Of a stretch of 64,000 nucleotides of DNA, positions 1 to 9,552 are shown in pieces. The stretch lies in the UHGV virus genome UHGV-1383976; one strand, 5' to 3'. The translations under genes were made by a program, and so were the position numbers. This DNA is from a virus. Positions within the stretch are counted from its first letter, which is position 1, and each line of letters begins with the position of its first letter. The notes below the pieces were generated by a model, which saw nothing but the letters and a program-made list of their open reading frames with translations, ran no database searches and was not told the origin of the DNA.

Positions 1-338
1 AGCTATTTCATCTCCAATCTTATTTTTCTTTTTTAATTATAACAAAAATTGAGGAAGAAATCAAATTTCTTCCTCTAAATTCATTTTGTCGATTTGTCTT
101 TTATCTCTTGGTGAATGGTCAACGGCTGCACCATAGGCCCCTTTATGTCGATATGATGCGTGACCATTTTTGGCTTTAGTTTTCTTTGATTTTCCTGCTG
201 TTATGTATTTACTTATTTCACCGCTATTGGCAAAATAGCCGTCCTTTACATCGACAGCGCGCCCAGCATGATCAAGATGAGATAACAAATGGCGGCGGCG
301 TTCAATTTTTCTTTTTGCGAGCTTTGCGCATTTCTTCT

Positions 339-755
339 TTAGTTCGACTCATTTCCTATTTCAACTCTCATTAGTTCATTATTCCCAAAAGGAATTCCAC
401 TAAAAGAAATATTTGTTGTCAATCCTTTTTCAAATGTCTCTCTTAGTATTGTCAAATTACCTCGTCCTCCAGTAATATCATTTGTCGAATAAGACTGTTC
501 AATTGTTGTTAATTTTGGTTTTACAAATTGTGTAATATAGCAATTAAAACCTTTATATTTTGTCTTTATCTTTAAATAAAAAGGCTTTTCGTTTTCAAAA
601 TCAATACAGCTCATATCAAAATAAGTAGTTCCGCAATATGGGCATTTATTTAGTTCGGGTTCGATTGGAGCCGCGCAATTAGGACAGTTTATTTTCAAGG
701 CTTTTCTTCCTCCCAATTTGGTGGAACAAAATTTGTTGCAAAATCCCAAACCCAC
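339..755 (-). CDS. zinc-ribbon (CxxC...CxxC) protein, hypothetical
   Basis: ORF with CPNC...CPYC motif; the true start may be internal. Confidence 0.4.
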   Translation of the reverse strand: MGLGFCNKFCSTKLGGRKALKINCPNCAAPIEPELNKCPYCGTTYFDMSCIDFENEKPFYLKIKTKYKGFNCYITQFVKPKLTTIEQSYSTNDITGGRGNLTILRETFEKGLTTNISFSGIPFGNNELMRVEIGNESN

Positions 756-974
756 TTACCACGCCATACAAGAAAAAAGGTAGTGCCGCACGTATTATCA
801 ACATAAGTATCCAAAATGGGTTCAATTTTTTGTGTTTTTATATTCTTTGCTTTGAACATTCATTCCACCACCTTTTATTTTATTATATTATATCAAAATT
901 TCTTTTCAAAATCAAATTTGTAGAGTTTCGGTTATATTAGCCTACTTATATAAGTCAAAGGAGGGATGATATCT

Positions 975-1151
975 ATGGCTGATACCAAAAAAGCCCATGA
1001 ATGCCGTAATAGAATTATGGCATATGTTGCAAATAAACGCATTAATTATCGTGTATTAGAAACTCTGTTGGACAATCTCGAAGCGGCTATTATTACTGAT
1101 AATAAAACCGAAGAAACACCGATTCAACCGGAAGGCCCTTCAGAGGGATAA
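975..1151 (+). CDS. small hypothetical protein
   Basis: RBS aaggaggg upstream; internal ATG at 975 is better spaced than 966; followed by a terminator. Confidence 0.4.
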   Translation: MADTKKAHECRNRIMAYVANKRINYRVLETLLDNLEAAIITDNKTEETPIQPEGPSEG

Positions 1152-1156
1152 ATTAT

Positions 1157-1189
1157 GCGCCAGTCTTTTAATAAGACTGGCGTTTTTTA
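1157..1189. terminator. bidirectional rho-independent terminator
   Basis: hairpin gcgccagtctt/aagactggcgc followed by a T-run; sits between convergent genes. Confidence 0.55.
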
Positions 1190-1483
1190 TTTATCTTCAG
1201 AACTCCATTTGTTAAGAGTTTTTTGATCAACTCGCAAAATGTATAAATCATCATCCTCTCCATTTTTCTGAATGAGAAGTGTATTGATGCCAAATCTATT
1301 TAAATGCGGCATAAACAAATATAGTCCTTCCAAAGTAGTGCCACAGAAGTTCATATTACGCAGATTATGATAAATAAACTGGCGTGTTGTTTCGTTTTCT
1401 CTTTCCCAATCTATTCTTTCTATCATTCCCAACTCCTGAATTTTTGTTCTTGTTCTTTCTTGACGCGACGGCGTTTTACCCAT
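1187..1483 (-). CDS. hypothetical protein
   Basis: ORF only; overlaps the helicase 3' end. Confidence 0.3.
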   Translation of the reverse strand: MGKTPSRQERTRTKIQELGMIERIDWERENETTRQFIYHNLRNMNFCGTTLEGLYLFMPHLNRFGINTLLIQKNGEDDDLYILRVDQKTLNKWSSEDK

Positions 1484-2532
1484 AAAAGAAAGTCCTGAGC
1501 ACGTGTAATAGCAACATAAGCAAGACGTCCTTCTTCGACCATACCAAGCGGCGCTCTGTGAGTATAATAGTTCGGCTCAGGAATTGTTGCGCCTATTACA
1601 ACGACTTTCTTTTGTTGAAGTCCTTTTGAAGAATGTATTGTGAGGACTTTAACGGTATTCTGTTTCATTTTTTCTTGGAGTTGCCCAAGATTTACTTCCT
1701 TTTGCTTGAAAGTATCGCAAAAAATGCCGCGGCTTTCAAGATAAGATTTGACAGTTTCAAGCTGTGCATTAGTGCGAGTCAATACAAACCATTCACCAAA
1801 TTTACCATCTTGAAGTATATAATTTGCAACCGTTTCCAAATTGTAAAGAATTGTAATCTTTTTCCCCATTTCATCTCGCATTAGAGTAGAATTGTCATAA
1901 TAGCCACAATTCATCCGCTCAATAGCCCATTTTCCAAATTCGTGAATAACGCGCGCATTGCGGAAATTTTCAGATAGCTTATAAGTTGCTACTCCATCAG
2001 TTTGGCTCAAATTTACAATAAGGTCAGGATTACTGCCTGCAAATGCATATATCGTTTGCTTCTCGTCCCCTAATATTGTAAATCGTTTTGGATTTACCAT
2101 TTCCAGAATAAATTCAAACTGATGGTTATTACTATCCTGCGCCTCGTCAAGCAGCAAATGATCAACAGGAAAATTACTTACACAGCGCGGGTTTTGTTTT
2201 ACTAAATTGAATAGTTCATCAAAATCCTCACTTTCAATCGTCTCTCTGGTTGCAATTTGTTCAGTATGAAGTAAAAAGTTTGCAAATGAATGAACAGTGC
2301 CGCAAAATCCAATTTGTAAAGGTTCAAGGCGATTTATAATTTCTTGCGCCGCATTATTTGTAAATGTAATAGCCACAATATGTGAGGGCAATGTTCCCTG
2401 AGATACAAGCCACTTTATGCGTTCAATAAGACAAAAAGTCTTTGAAGTACCCGCGCTAGACATTACGACAACCTTGTCTTCTGGTGCGGTTATTATTCTA
2501 CGCTGTTGTTCTGTTATTTTTATTTCATTCAT
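1423..2532 (-). CDS. SF1 UvrD/Rep-like DNA helicase (short form)
   Basis: N-terminal UvrD-like ATP-binding region (AGTSKTF); C-terminal VLTIHSSKGLQ(x)VVVIGA motif. Confidence 0.7.
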   Translation of the reverse strand: MNEIKITEQQRRIITAPEDKVVVMSSAGTSKTFCLIERIKWLVSQGTLPSHIVAITFTNNAAQEIINRLEPLQIGFCGTVHSFANFLLHTEQIATRETIESEDFDELFNLVKQNPRCVSNFPVDHLLLDEAQDSNNHQFEFILEMVNPKRFTILGDEKQTIYAFAGSNPDLIVNLSQTDGVATYKLSENFRNARVIHEFGKWAIERMNCGYYDNSTLMRDEMGKKITILYNLETVANYILQDGKFGEWFVLTRTNAQLETVKSYLESRGIFCDTFKQKEVNLGQLQEKMKQNTVKVLTIHSSKGLQQKKVVVIGATIPEPNYYTHRAPLGMVEEGRLAYVAITRAQDFLLWVKRRRVKKEQEQKFRSWE

Positions 2533-3344
2533 TATCCTACTCTCTCATTCAATCCAAATTTTTTTGTATCATAAAATTCAGTCCAATATTTTTCGCGTTC
2601 AGTTAGCTTATCTTTTGAAACTTTTTCCAGCAATTCAAAAGTAAAGTTTTCAATCCCATCTTCCTCCATTATGGTATGAAGGCGCGAATGACTGATGGTG
2701 CCACAATGATAGGCAGACTTAGCGTGTTGAACCCAACGGTCGCGCACATTTGTGGATTTGCCTATATAAATTTCGCCTGTTTTTTCACGTGTGATTTTAT
2801 AGATGCCACTTGGTTGTTCTCCGTTTAAGACACGGCGTGTCATTTCAAGGACAGGTTTAGCACAATAAGTATCATAAATCATCTTGTCAATATCAATTCG
2901 ACGATTGAGCCGTGGAGCAATTTCTCGCAAAACTTGTATATCACTTAACGCTTCAGGAGACAAATTGATTTTGAAGAAGGTTTGTTCTTCGATTTTCTTT
3001 TTTTCACGACGTATATCTTCATTTAGAACTTCGCGGCGTTCACGCAAAGCGTCAAGAGTCTTTTGGACAATATCACATTGATATTGCGCGTCTTGCGTTT
3101 CTTGACTTATTTGTTCCATTCGAGCGTTATGTTGAAGTTCAACCTCATCAAGCTCTTGTCGATATTTTTCTCTTACTTCTAAGACATTGCGCGCTGCTTC
3201 GTCTATAATTTCTTTTTCTTTTCGTAAAACTAAATTTCTTTTATAATAGTGAATGTATATAAAGTTAACAATTATCAGAGCAGCTATTATGAATATGGCC
3301 ATCACAATTCCTCCTATATTTCTTACTATATATAAGTATAACAT
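2532..3344 (-). CDS. GIY-YIG nuclease fused to N-terminal TM helix and coiled coil
   Basis: C-terminal GIYKIT...EIYIGKS...RW..H...E...N GIY-YIG motif; hydrophobic N-terminus; long charged coiled-coil segment. Confidence 0.65.
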   Translation of the reverse strand: MLYLYIVRNIGGIVMAIFIIAALIIVNFIYIHYYKRNLVLRKEKEIIDEAARNVLEVREKYRQELDEVELQHNARMEQISQETQDAQYQCDIVQKTLDALRERREVLNEDIRREKKKIEEQTFFKINLSPEALSDIQVLREIAPRLNRRIDIDKMIYDTYCAKPVLEMTRRVLNGEQPSGIYKITREKTGEIYIGKSTNVRDRWVQHAKSAYHCGTISHSRLHTIMEEDGIENFTFELLEKVSKDKLTEREKYWTEFYDTKKFGLNERVG

Positions 3345-3350
3345 AAAAAA

Positions 3351-3388
3351 GGCTGGAAGTCAAATTTTTGACTTCCAGCTTATATTTT
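3351..3388. terminator. rho-independent terminator
   Basis: ggctggaagtcaaa/tttgacttccagc hairpin flanked by A/T runs. Confidence 0.55.
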
Positions 3389-3944
3389 ATGGGTTGGGTT
3401 CATCCTCTAATACTTGCCAACACGACATTCGTGTATAATATTTGTCTATATAACTATTACCTTTGAGCTTTTTATAGTCTTTATAAAGAGTATCCAATTG
3501 TTCTTTTACAGACATAGGAAAAATTCTTACATCTCGATAGGCATGATATATATCCATTATATTCGCGCGCAAGATATTCTTTTGGCTAATGGCTAGTAAA
3601 TTTATTTGTTCGCTTTGTCGAGTATTGGTTTCTTCAATTCTATCTAAGCGTTCATCAATCCCGTCAAGCCGAGTATCAATATTACCCAACTGTTTTTGTA
3701 TAGGGGCGAGTTTCTTTTCAATTTCTTTTCCGACTTCTCCTGCTCGTCTCTGTTTTATTTTACTCCAAAGACCTTGAAAGAAGCCAAATTTTTTACAAAT
3801 TTTTTCAAATCCATCGGCGACAAGGTAAATAGCTATAACTACGCCACCGATAAGTTCTGGTGAAAGTTCCATTCGCTCACCTCCTCGTCTTATAGAAGTA
3901 GCAATTAGAGCATTTATTATACAGAATTTTGATGCTCTCTCCAA
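3387..3944 (-). CDS. membrane-anchored coiled-coil protein, hypothetical
   Basis: TM segment then charged helical repeats. Confidence 0.4.
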   Translation of the reverse strand: MERASKFCIINALIATSIRRGGERMELSPELIGGVVIAIYLVADGFEKICKKFGFFQGLWSKIKQRRAGEVGKEIEKKLAPIQKQLGNIDTRLDGIDERLDRIEETNTRQSEQINLLAISQKNILRANIMDIYHAYRDVRIFPMSVKEQLDTLYKDYKKLKGNSYIDKYYTRMSCWQVLEDEPNP

Positions 3945-4324
3945 ACTTCATCATTATGCCAACGAGATTTCGCGCGATATTTATCCTGAAATAGTTCGTG
4001 CGCATTAGTAAGCGAATAAATATCCCAAAATGGGATGATATACAAGGGAATACAATTGGCTAGTGCATAACTGATTTTTCGGCGATCATGCTCTTGTTGT
4101 TTCAGTAAGCCACTACGACCGCCAAAGACTTCATAATAATGTTGTTGACCATTTACTTCGATAAGGCCGTGCGGCGTTGAAAAATCATAACGGAACCGAC
4201 CGCCGCGCAAATCCGTGTAAGATACTTCTTTTTGATAATCAATATGAGATTTTTGAAGTAAATCGCTTATAAAATTTTCATAATGGCTAGCCATTATATT
4301 TCCTCTATTTGACGCCACAAGCAC
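3917..4324 (-). CDS. possible Vsr/DUF559-like (PD-(D/E)XK) nuclease
   Basis: RYDFS...LIEVNGQQH motif, similar to the motif in ORF 14408..14839. Confidence 0.35.
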   Translation of the reverse strand: MLVASNRGNIMASHYENFISDLLQKSHIDYQKEVSYTDLRGGRFRYDFSTPHGLIEVNGQQHYYEVFGGRSGLLKQQEHDRRKISYALANCIPLYIIPFWDIYSLTNAHELFQDKYRAKSRWHNDEVWREHQNSV

Positions 4325-5403
4325 TCAGATTTGTCTTTGTCATCACGGAAGCGCACAAATTTAGGATGTCGCAACATTTTATCATCCGTTAGCTGCATTG
4401 CGCTTACTTCAATAACACGGCCAGCATAAGATTCGGGATGAGACTTTATTTCTTCAGTAAGGCCACTAAGAAAACCAATAGGATGAATCTTATCATTATT
4501 ATACACCGCGATTTCAAGACTGCCGGCCATTCCATAAAAGAATGATTTTGTGACAGGTTCATACTGCGCGCCTTTTGAAAATTCTTTATAAAAATTGCCT
4601 TTCTTGAACTCGTTAGTTTTAGTATCAAGCCAATACTCCCACGTTTCAATCTCTTTGCCAATATAAGTGCGGGTTGGCTTTGTATAGCGTCCAGTAAAGA
4701 AACAATCAATTGTGTCTTCAAGTTCCTTCTTTATTTTGAGGGAAATCTTAGTTGAACGTTTGCCCGGCTGGTAGATACCATTCTCATTTAGAATAACACC
4801 ACCCTCACCGCCAGCCGCAAGAGTGTCAGCTATCATATTCCACAGTTCCTGTCCCCAATAAAACCTTGCGGCAGTTGCATAGAGATAATGATTATCTTTT
4901 ACTATATCATCAATATGCGCTAAATAAGACATACGAACTTTTGCTGGTTGATTCATAAGAGATATGCCATCCCAAGCCAGTATATCAAAAGCATAAAAAT
5001 GAAGCTTATCATTTTTCTGGCGTGCGATTGCCTTGTCGGTAAGAGCGCCCATTACTTTGGTGACTTCGCTAGATCCTTCGTGTGTTGGAAAATAAATTTC
5101 ACCAAGAATACAGGTTCCAATCGGCAAGGCATCAAAAAATGATTGAAGTTGTGGGACGTGGTCGAGTTTATCAGCAAAATCGCCACTTACACCACGAGAG
5201 CGACTAAGTAGCATCATATTGTTATCTTCATCTTTTACAAATTTAGAGAAGTAGCCATCCATCTTACGAGCACCCATCCATTCACCAGAAAAGACGCGCT
5301 TACGTGCCTCTTCTTTTGGATCACCTTTATAGGACTTTGGATGAGCGTAATAACGCATTGGTTCCATCTCTTTGAAATTAAATCCATCTATATAGCCAAG
5401 CAT
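4294..5403 (-). CDS. ATP-dependent DNA/RNA ligase (covalent nucleotidyltransferase superfamily)
   Basis: KMDG (KxDG motif I), EGGVILN (motif IV-like), KISLKIKK (motif V-like). Confidence 0.6.
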   Translation of the reverse strand: MLGYIDGFNFKEMEPMRYYAHPKSYKGDPKEEARKRVFSGEWMGARKMDGYFSKFVKDEDNNMMLLSRSRGVSGDFADKLDHVPQLQSFFDALPIGTCILGEIYFPTHEGSSEVTKVMGALTDKAIARQKNDKLHFYAFDILAWDGISLMNQPAKVRMSYLAHIDDIVKDNHYLYATAARFYWGQELWNMIADTLAAGGEGGVILNENGIYQPGKRSTKISLKIKKELEDTIDCFFTGRYTKPTRTYIGKEIETWEYWLDTKTNEFKKGNFYKEFSKGAQYEPVTKSFFYGMAGSLEIAVYNNDKIHPIGFLSGLTEEIKSHPESYAGRVIEVSAMQLTDDKMLRHPKFVRFRDDKDKSECLWRQIEEI

Positions 5404-5439
5404 TTTGTGGCCTCCTATCTTTTCTTTTTTAGAAACATT

Positions 5440-5560
5440 CTTTTTGTTTATTTTTCTTGAAGTAATTTTTTCTTTTCTTAACTTATAAGTATTACTTATA
5501 AGTAAGACACATACATATCTTACTTATAAGTACAACTTACATTTTATATTATATATTTAT
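5440..5560. repeat. ACTTATAAGT palindromic motif repeats (intergenic)
   Basis: cttataagta repeated 3–4 times; the same motif family recurs at 52.0–52.6 kb. Confidence 0.5.
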
Positions 5561-5573
5561 AATACGCTTTGGC

Positions 5574-6143
5574 TTACGTGTTTACTATACCAGAATTTTG
5601 GAAAGAAGTCAAATTTTTGATAAATCGCTTTGCTTCAACTTCTAAGTCCTCAAAAGTTTGATTGTTGTCTATTATATAGTCATATTCATAGTTAAGGACA
5701 TTTGCATCAGCATGATTTGATGCCTTTGAAGCCTCCGCTGAATCGCGCCGTATAAGTAAGGTCGTACCATTTGTGGCCTTCTTGAGCTTGTCAATTTCGG
5801 CAGGTTCGCGCACATCTACAAAAATAAAACCTTTTCGCGGATCGATTTGATAGGACAGCAATTCATCTTCAAACTCGCGCACGTATTTCATTATATCACG
5901 GAAAGGCGCATTGTTGTATGCACTCATTAGATCTTTTAAGTCTGACAGAAATTTACGATCACGTGGTTCTTTTACACCTTGCCAACCAACTTTCGCGGCA
6001 ACCTCTTTTACCAGATCTACGCTACTACGCGCCCTATAATATGGGCCGAGAATAAAGCTACACATTTGTTCAAACGTAGTTTTGCCACTACTGGGCGCAC
6101 CATTTACTATAACCACATTTACGTGATTTTCAGCTATTTCCAT
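5574..6143 (-). CDS. P-loop kinase (polynucleotide/dNMP kinase-like)
   Basis: Walker A GAPSSGKTT. Confidence 0.5.
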   Translation of the reverse strand: MEIAENHVNVVIVNGAPSSGKTTFEQMCSFILGPYYRARSSVDLVKEVAAKVGWQGVKEPRDRKFLSDLKDLMSAYNNAPFRDIMKYVREFEDELLSYQIDPRKGFIFVDVREPAEIDKLKKATNGTTLLIRRDSAEASKASNHADANVLNYEYDYIIDNNQTFEDLEVEAKRFIKNLTSFQNSGIVNT

Positions 6144-6621
6144 TTACCATTTCTCCTTCAATTTTTTTTCGAGCCTTGACGGCAAGCTTATCAACTCGCT
6201 CATTATAATCTATTCCTATGTGCCCGCGCACTTTTTTCCATTGAATGCGAGCGTTTTCAAAGTAAGGAATAAGTTCTAGCCAAAGGCCCTTATTTGCAAC
6301 AGGCTTTTTTTGTGAGTTCAACCAATTGTATCTCTGCCACGACTTGTACCATTTCTGTTCATAACAATTATGAATGTAGGCGCTGTCAGTAAATATCACA
6401 CATTCATCGAAGCCAGTAAAAGGCGTTTGTTCTGTTAGATATTTCAGCCCTTCAATAATGCCGCGCATCTCCATTTGGTTGTTGGTTGCGCCAACCTCAC
6501 CGCCGCTTTGTTCAGCGATTATTCCTTTGCCTTTCTGAATCAATACAAAGCCCCAACCGCCAATAGCGCCATCCTTGCCATTTTTACTACAAGCGCCATC
6601 AGCCCAAAGCTCATACGTCAT
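6130..6621 (-). CDS. rnhA: ribonuclease HI
   Basis: DGAC...GGWG...TNNQMEM...FTDS.Y...WKKVRGH...NE.VD.LA, which matches the RNase HI catalytic motifs; RBS before MTYELW. Confidence 0.75.
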   Translation of the reverse strand: MTYELWADGACSKNGKDGAIGGWGFVLIQKGKGIIAEQSGGEVGATNNQMEMRGIIEGLKYLTEQTPFTGFDECVIFTDSAYIHNCYEQKWYKSWQRYNWLNSQKKPVANKGLWLELIPYFENARIQWKKVRGHIGIDYNERVDKLAVKARKKIEGEMVNGNS

Positions 6622-7078
6622 AAATCGTTGCCCCTTTCGCAAAATATGTATCATAAATGTCACTAAAAATATTTACATTGCTTACTCGATTAGAGTGAAG
6701 TTCAAAAGCAATTAGATCAAGCGGGTCAATTTTGACATCACCGCGTGGTTTAGCAAATGCACCAGCATAGCGGAAGTAATGGAATGACTTAGGCCCAAAC
6801 TCCTTCCAAACAAATTTGACAAATGCAAACCAATTTTTTGCGGGCAAATAAATTTTGCTATCTTTTGAGAAGATTACAGTTTTAAGCGCAAGGTGTACTA
6901 TAGCTTTGTAATTATTGTCAGCCGTGTCTACATTTACAGTGAACTGTATGTCACCACCCTGTATGTAATGCGAAAAATTTAGATAAGTAATCTGACAAAG
7001 GTAATCATAATAGTTATACTTATCATTTATGTCAGCAAATTCATCAGAGCGATCTTCTCCTGTTTTGAAATCATACAT
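6611..7078 (-). CDS. hypothetical protein
   Basis: ORF; head of the minus-strand operon. Confidence 0.35.
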   Translation of the reverse strand: MYDFKTGEDRSDEFADINDKYNYYDYLCQITYLNFSHYIQGGDIQFTVNVDTADNNYKAIVHLALKTVIFSKDSKIYLPAKNWFAFVKFVWKEFGPKSFHYFRYAGAFAKPRGDVKIDPLDLIAFELHSNRVSNVNIFSDIYDTYFAKGATIYDV

Positions 7079-7228
7079 AATAGAAACCTCCTTTTCCTAT
7101 TTTACTATATATAGTATAGCATAAAACTGCTAAAATTTCAAGTTTCCCCTCTTTTTTGTAAAGTAAGTCTTATAAATTTACTTCTATATGAATAGAGATA
7201 TTCAAATAATTTTGGGAGGTTTGACATA

Positions 7229-7513
7229 ATGGATATGTTAGCTCTTCTGCTTGCCGTTTCTATGATTGAGTGGTATATTATCGACAGAGCCAAGTCCGCA
7301 ATTTGGGACCAGCTTTCTTTTGGTAAATACATCACTATGGCGGTCAGCCTGATTGCGTCCTTCTGCCTTGCCTTTGCTTTCAAGCTTGATGTGCTTGTTG
7401 CTGTTGGCCTTGTTGAGGAAGTTTCCAATGCGGGTATTATCCTGACTGGTTTTGCACTGTCTAGCGGTAGTTCTGCTATCGCTGAGATTGTTGGCGGAAT
7501 TAGCGGTAAGTGA
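7229..7513 (+). CDS. small two-TM membrane protein (holin-like)
   Basis: strong RBS gggagg; two hydrophobic helices in 94 aa; terminator follows. Confidence 0.4.
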   Translation: MDMLALLLAVSMIEWYIIDRAKSAIWDQLSFGKYITMAVSLIASFCLAFAFKLDVLVAVGLVEEVSNAGIILTGFALSSGSSAIAEIVGGISGK

Positions 7514-7523
7514 TATAACAAGT

Positions 7524-7554
7524 GGGAGTAGAATTTTTCTACTCCCAATTTTTT
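7524..7554 (+). terminator. rho-independent terminator
   Basis: gggagtagaa/ttctactccc hairpin followed by a T-run. Confidence 0.6.
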
Positions 7555-7675
7555 CTATCCACACCTTTTATTATAATTATATAAAATATTTTGGGTTACG
7601 CTTTTAGCATAATCCAATTTTTTTATTTTTTCAAGTTTTTGAAATTGCTTATCCATTGGATTTTATGAAAAAAAT

Positions 7676-7704
7676 TTGATTTTTCAAAAAAATGATGATA
7701 TAAT
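7676..7704 (+). promoter_or_regulatory. family-A phage promoter (TTGATT-N17-TATAAT)
   Basis: member of a 15-copy conserved promoter family. Confidence 0.55.
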
Positions 7705-7735
7705 AAATATATAAAATGAGAAAGGAGATATGTCA

Positions 7736-9088
7736 ATGGTCAAAGTAGGATTGCGTTTTCTTGATAAAAATAATGACATTGGTAATAAAACATATTGGTA
7801 TATTGTAAAAGATAAAAAGGTTTGGGCAGACTTAAACAAAGCTGCAATGGTAAGCATTTCGACTCAAAATTCAACAGCATTTAAAATCACAAACGAGACT
7901 GGATATGGATATAGAGATGCTTGGGTTGTTTGGGTTGATATTGATACAGTAAAAGAGGGTGATGATAAAGAACTTGTTGTCATAAGCGAAATTAGAGGAT
8001 ATGATGACACAAGACCCAGAAAGAAGGTTTCTTTTCCTGTTTGGGGGATTTGTGGAATAAATAGGCCTGAGTGTTATGATAGTTATTTTTCCGAGCCTAT
8101 ATCGTATAACTTTGATGCTGGTTTGGATCTCACTGTAAACAATGGCGCATTTTATCTTAATACTTCTGACGGTTATAAGCCGCTCAAGGTTTCGTTTGAT
8201 GGTTCAATGTCTAATATGACGAACACTTGTGAGTCAGAGAATTCTAAACTTCAATCTCTTTTCGGTAGCTCTGAAAATATTACTCATACATTAACTGATA
8301 CTCTCACTACGTCTAATTTTGAAGACTTGAAAAATTTGATTTATGAAAAAAATTCATCTATAATAAATACACAAAATAAAAAGGAGAAAAATGAAATGAA
8401 TATGAAAATTTTTGACACTCAGTTCGGCAAAGTTGATGATGTAGCAATGTCTATCTATGGCGCGACTTTCAAGACCGTAGGTACTGATGGCCTTGCGCGC
8501 TCTATCGCATATGACCCTAATACTCAGGAGTATATCGACGTCCCCAATGAGATGATTATCGCAAAAGGCTCTTATTGTTATGCCATGCCTTGCACTGCCG
8601 ATAATCTTCATATTGGTGAGTATATTCGTCATAATGGAGCATGGGCACGTGTAATTGATGTTGATGATGCTGCGCGACTTGTAATTGAAAAGATATCGAC
8701 TCGTGAGGTAGCGACTATTCTGCCTGTACGTTCTATGTTTGGCTATTCTTTCTATACTAAGCTCATTACTCCATTCCAGAGTGGCTTTACGACTGCTGAT
8801 GCGGCTCATCCTTTTGGCGATATGCTTCCCTTCCTTATGATGGACGATGAAAAGATGGATGATATGCTTCCTCTTATATTGATGATGGGTCAGAACGGTG
8901 CGGCGCAGTTTGATATGTCAAATCCTATGATGCTTATGATGCTTATGAATGAAAAAGATGGCAAGGATTCTGATGTATTCAAAATGATGGCAATGATGTC
9001 TATGTTCAATCAGGCAAAGCCTGTTGTTAAGACCGATGCCCGCCACTGTGAGTGTGATTGTTGCGACACTGAAAGGAAGTCTTACTAA
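7736..9088 (+). CDS. hypothetical protein with Met-rich and Cys-cluster C-terminus
   Basis: ORF; C-terminus MMLMMLMN...MMAMMSMF...CECDCCD. Confidence 0.5.
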   Translation: MVKVGLRFLDKNNDIGNKTYWYIVKDKKVWADLNKAAMVSISTQNSTAFKITNETGYGYRDAWVVWVDIDTVKEGDDKELVVISEIRGYDDTRPRKKVSFPVWGICGINRPECYDSYFSEPISYNFDAGLDLTVNNGAFYLNTSDGYKPLKVSFDGSMSNMTNTCESENSKLQSLFGSSENITHTLTDTLTTSNFEDLKNLIYEKNSSIINTQNKKEKNEMNMKIFDTQFGKVDDVAMSIYGATFKTVGTDGLARSIAYDPNTQEYIDVPNEMIIAKGSYCYAMPCTADNLHIGEYIRHNGAWARVIDVDDAARLVIEKISTREVATILPVRSMFGYSFYTKLITPFQSGFTTADAAHPFGDMLPFLMMDDEKMDDMLPLILMMGQNGAAQFDMSNPMMLMMLMNEKDGKDSDVFKMMAMMSMFNQAKPVVKTDARHCECDCCDTERKSY

Positions 9089-9543
9089 TGGATAGTCGTA
9101 TTCAGTATTCGGTTGATTATGAAAATGGGGTTGTGCTGGCTTGGTTCAACCCCGACGAGATAATGAGCGACCTTATTGAGGAAACTATACATCTTGCTGA
9201 TAAGATGCAGAATTCAACTTTGCGTTGGGGCGTTGTGTTTGAGCAGTTTGAAAAGTTTAGAAAGCAGAATAAGACTGCTCTTGGCAATCTGTGCGGTAAG
9301 GCAAAGTGTAATATGGATGCGGGAGACAAGTTCGACGTTAAGATAGGTGAAGAGCTTGCCAAACGCCGTTTGCTTATAAAGGTAGCAAGCCTTCGCTCTC
9401 GTTGGTTTTGGAAGCTTGAGTTTATGGTGATGGATGATATGTTTCGTTTTATCGATCGGCAGTGTCATCATCAGAAGATCGCTTGTGATTATGATGAAGA
9501 ACTTATAAACTATGCCCCGTTTGGCAGTCAATCTTTACATTGA
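9088..9543 (+). CDS. hypothetical protein
   Basis: ORF start is coupled to the upstream stop. Confidence 0.45.
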   Translation: MDSRIQYSVDYENGVVLAWFNPDEIMSDLIEETIHLADKMQNSTLRWGVVFEQFEKFRKQNKTALGNLCGKAKCNMDAGDKFDVKIGEELAKRRLLIKVASLRSRWFWKLEFMVMDDMFRFIDRQCHHQKIACDYDEELINYAPFGSQSLH

Positions 9544-9552
9544 ATTGAAATT

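Noticed and set aside
61-374. ORFs 61..288(-) and 186..374(+) at the window start
   Set aside because: Short, mutually overlapping, with no RBS; possibly the truncated tail of a gene extending beyond the window.
7138-7564. Minus-strand ORFs 7138..7548 and 7238..7564
   Set aside because: They fully overlap the plus-strand 7229..7513 gene, which has a strong RBS and its own terminator. There are no RBSs for the antisense ORFs.
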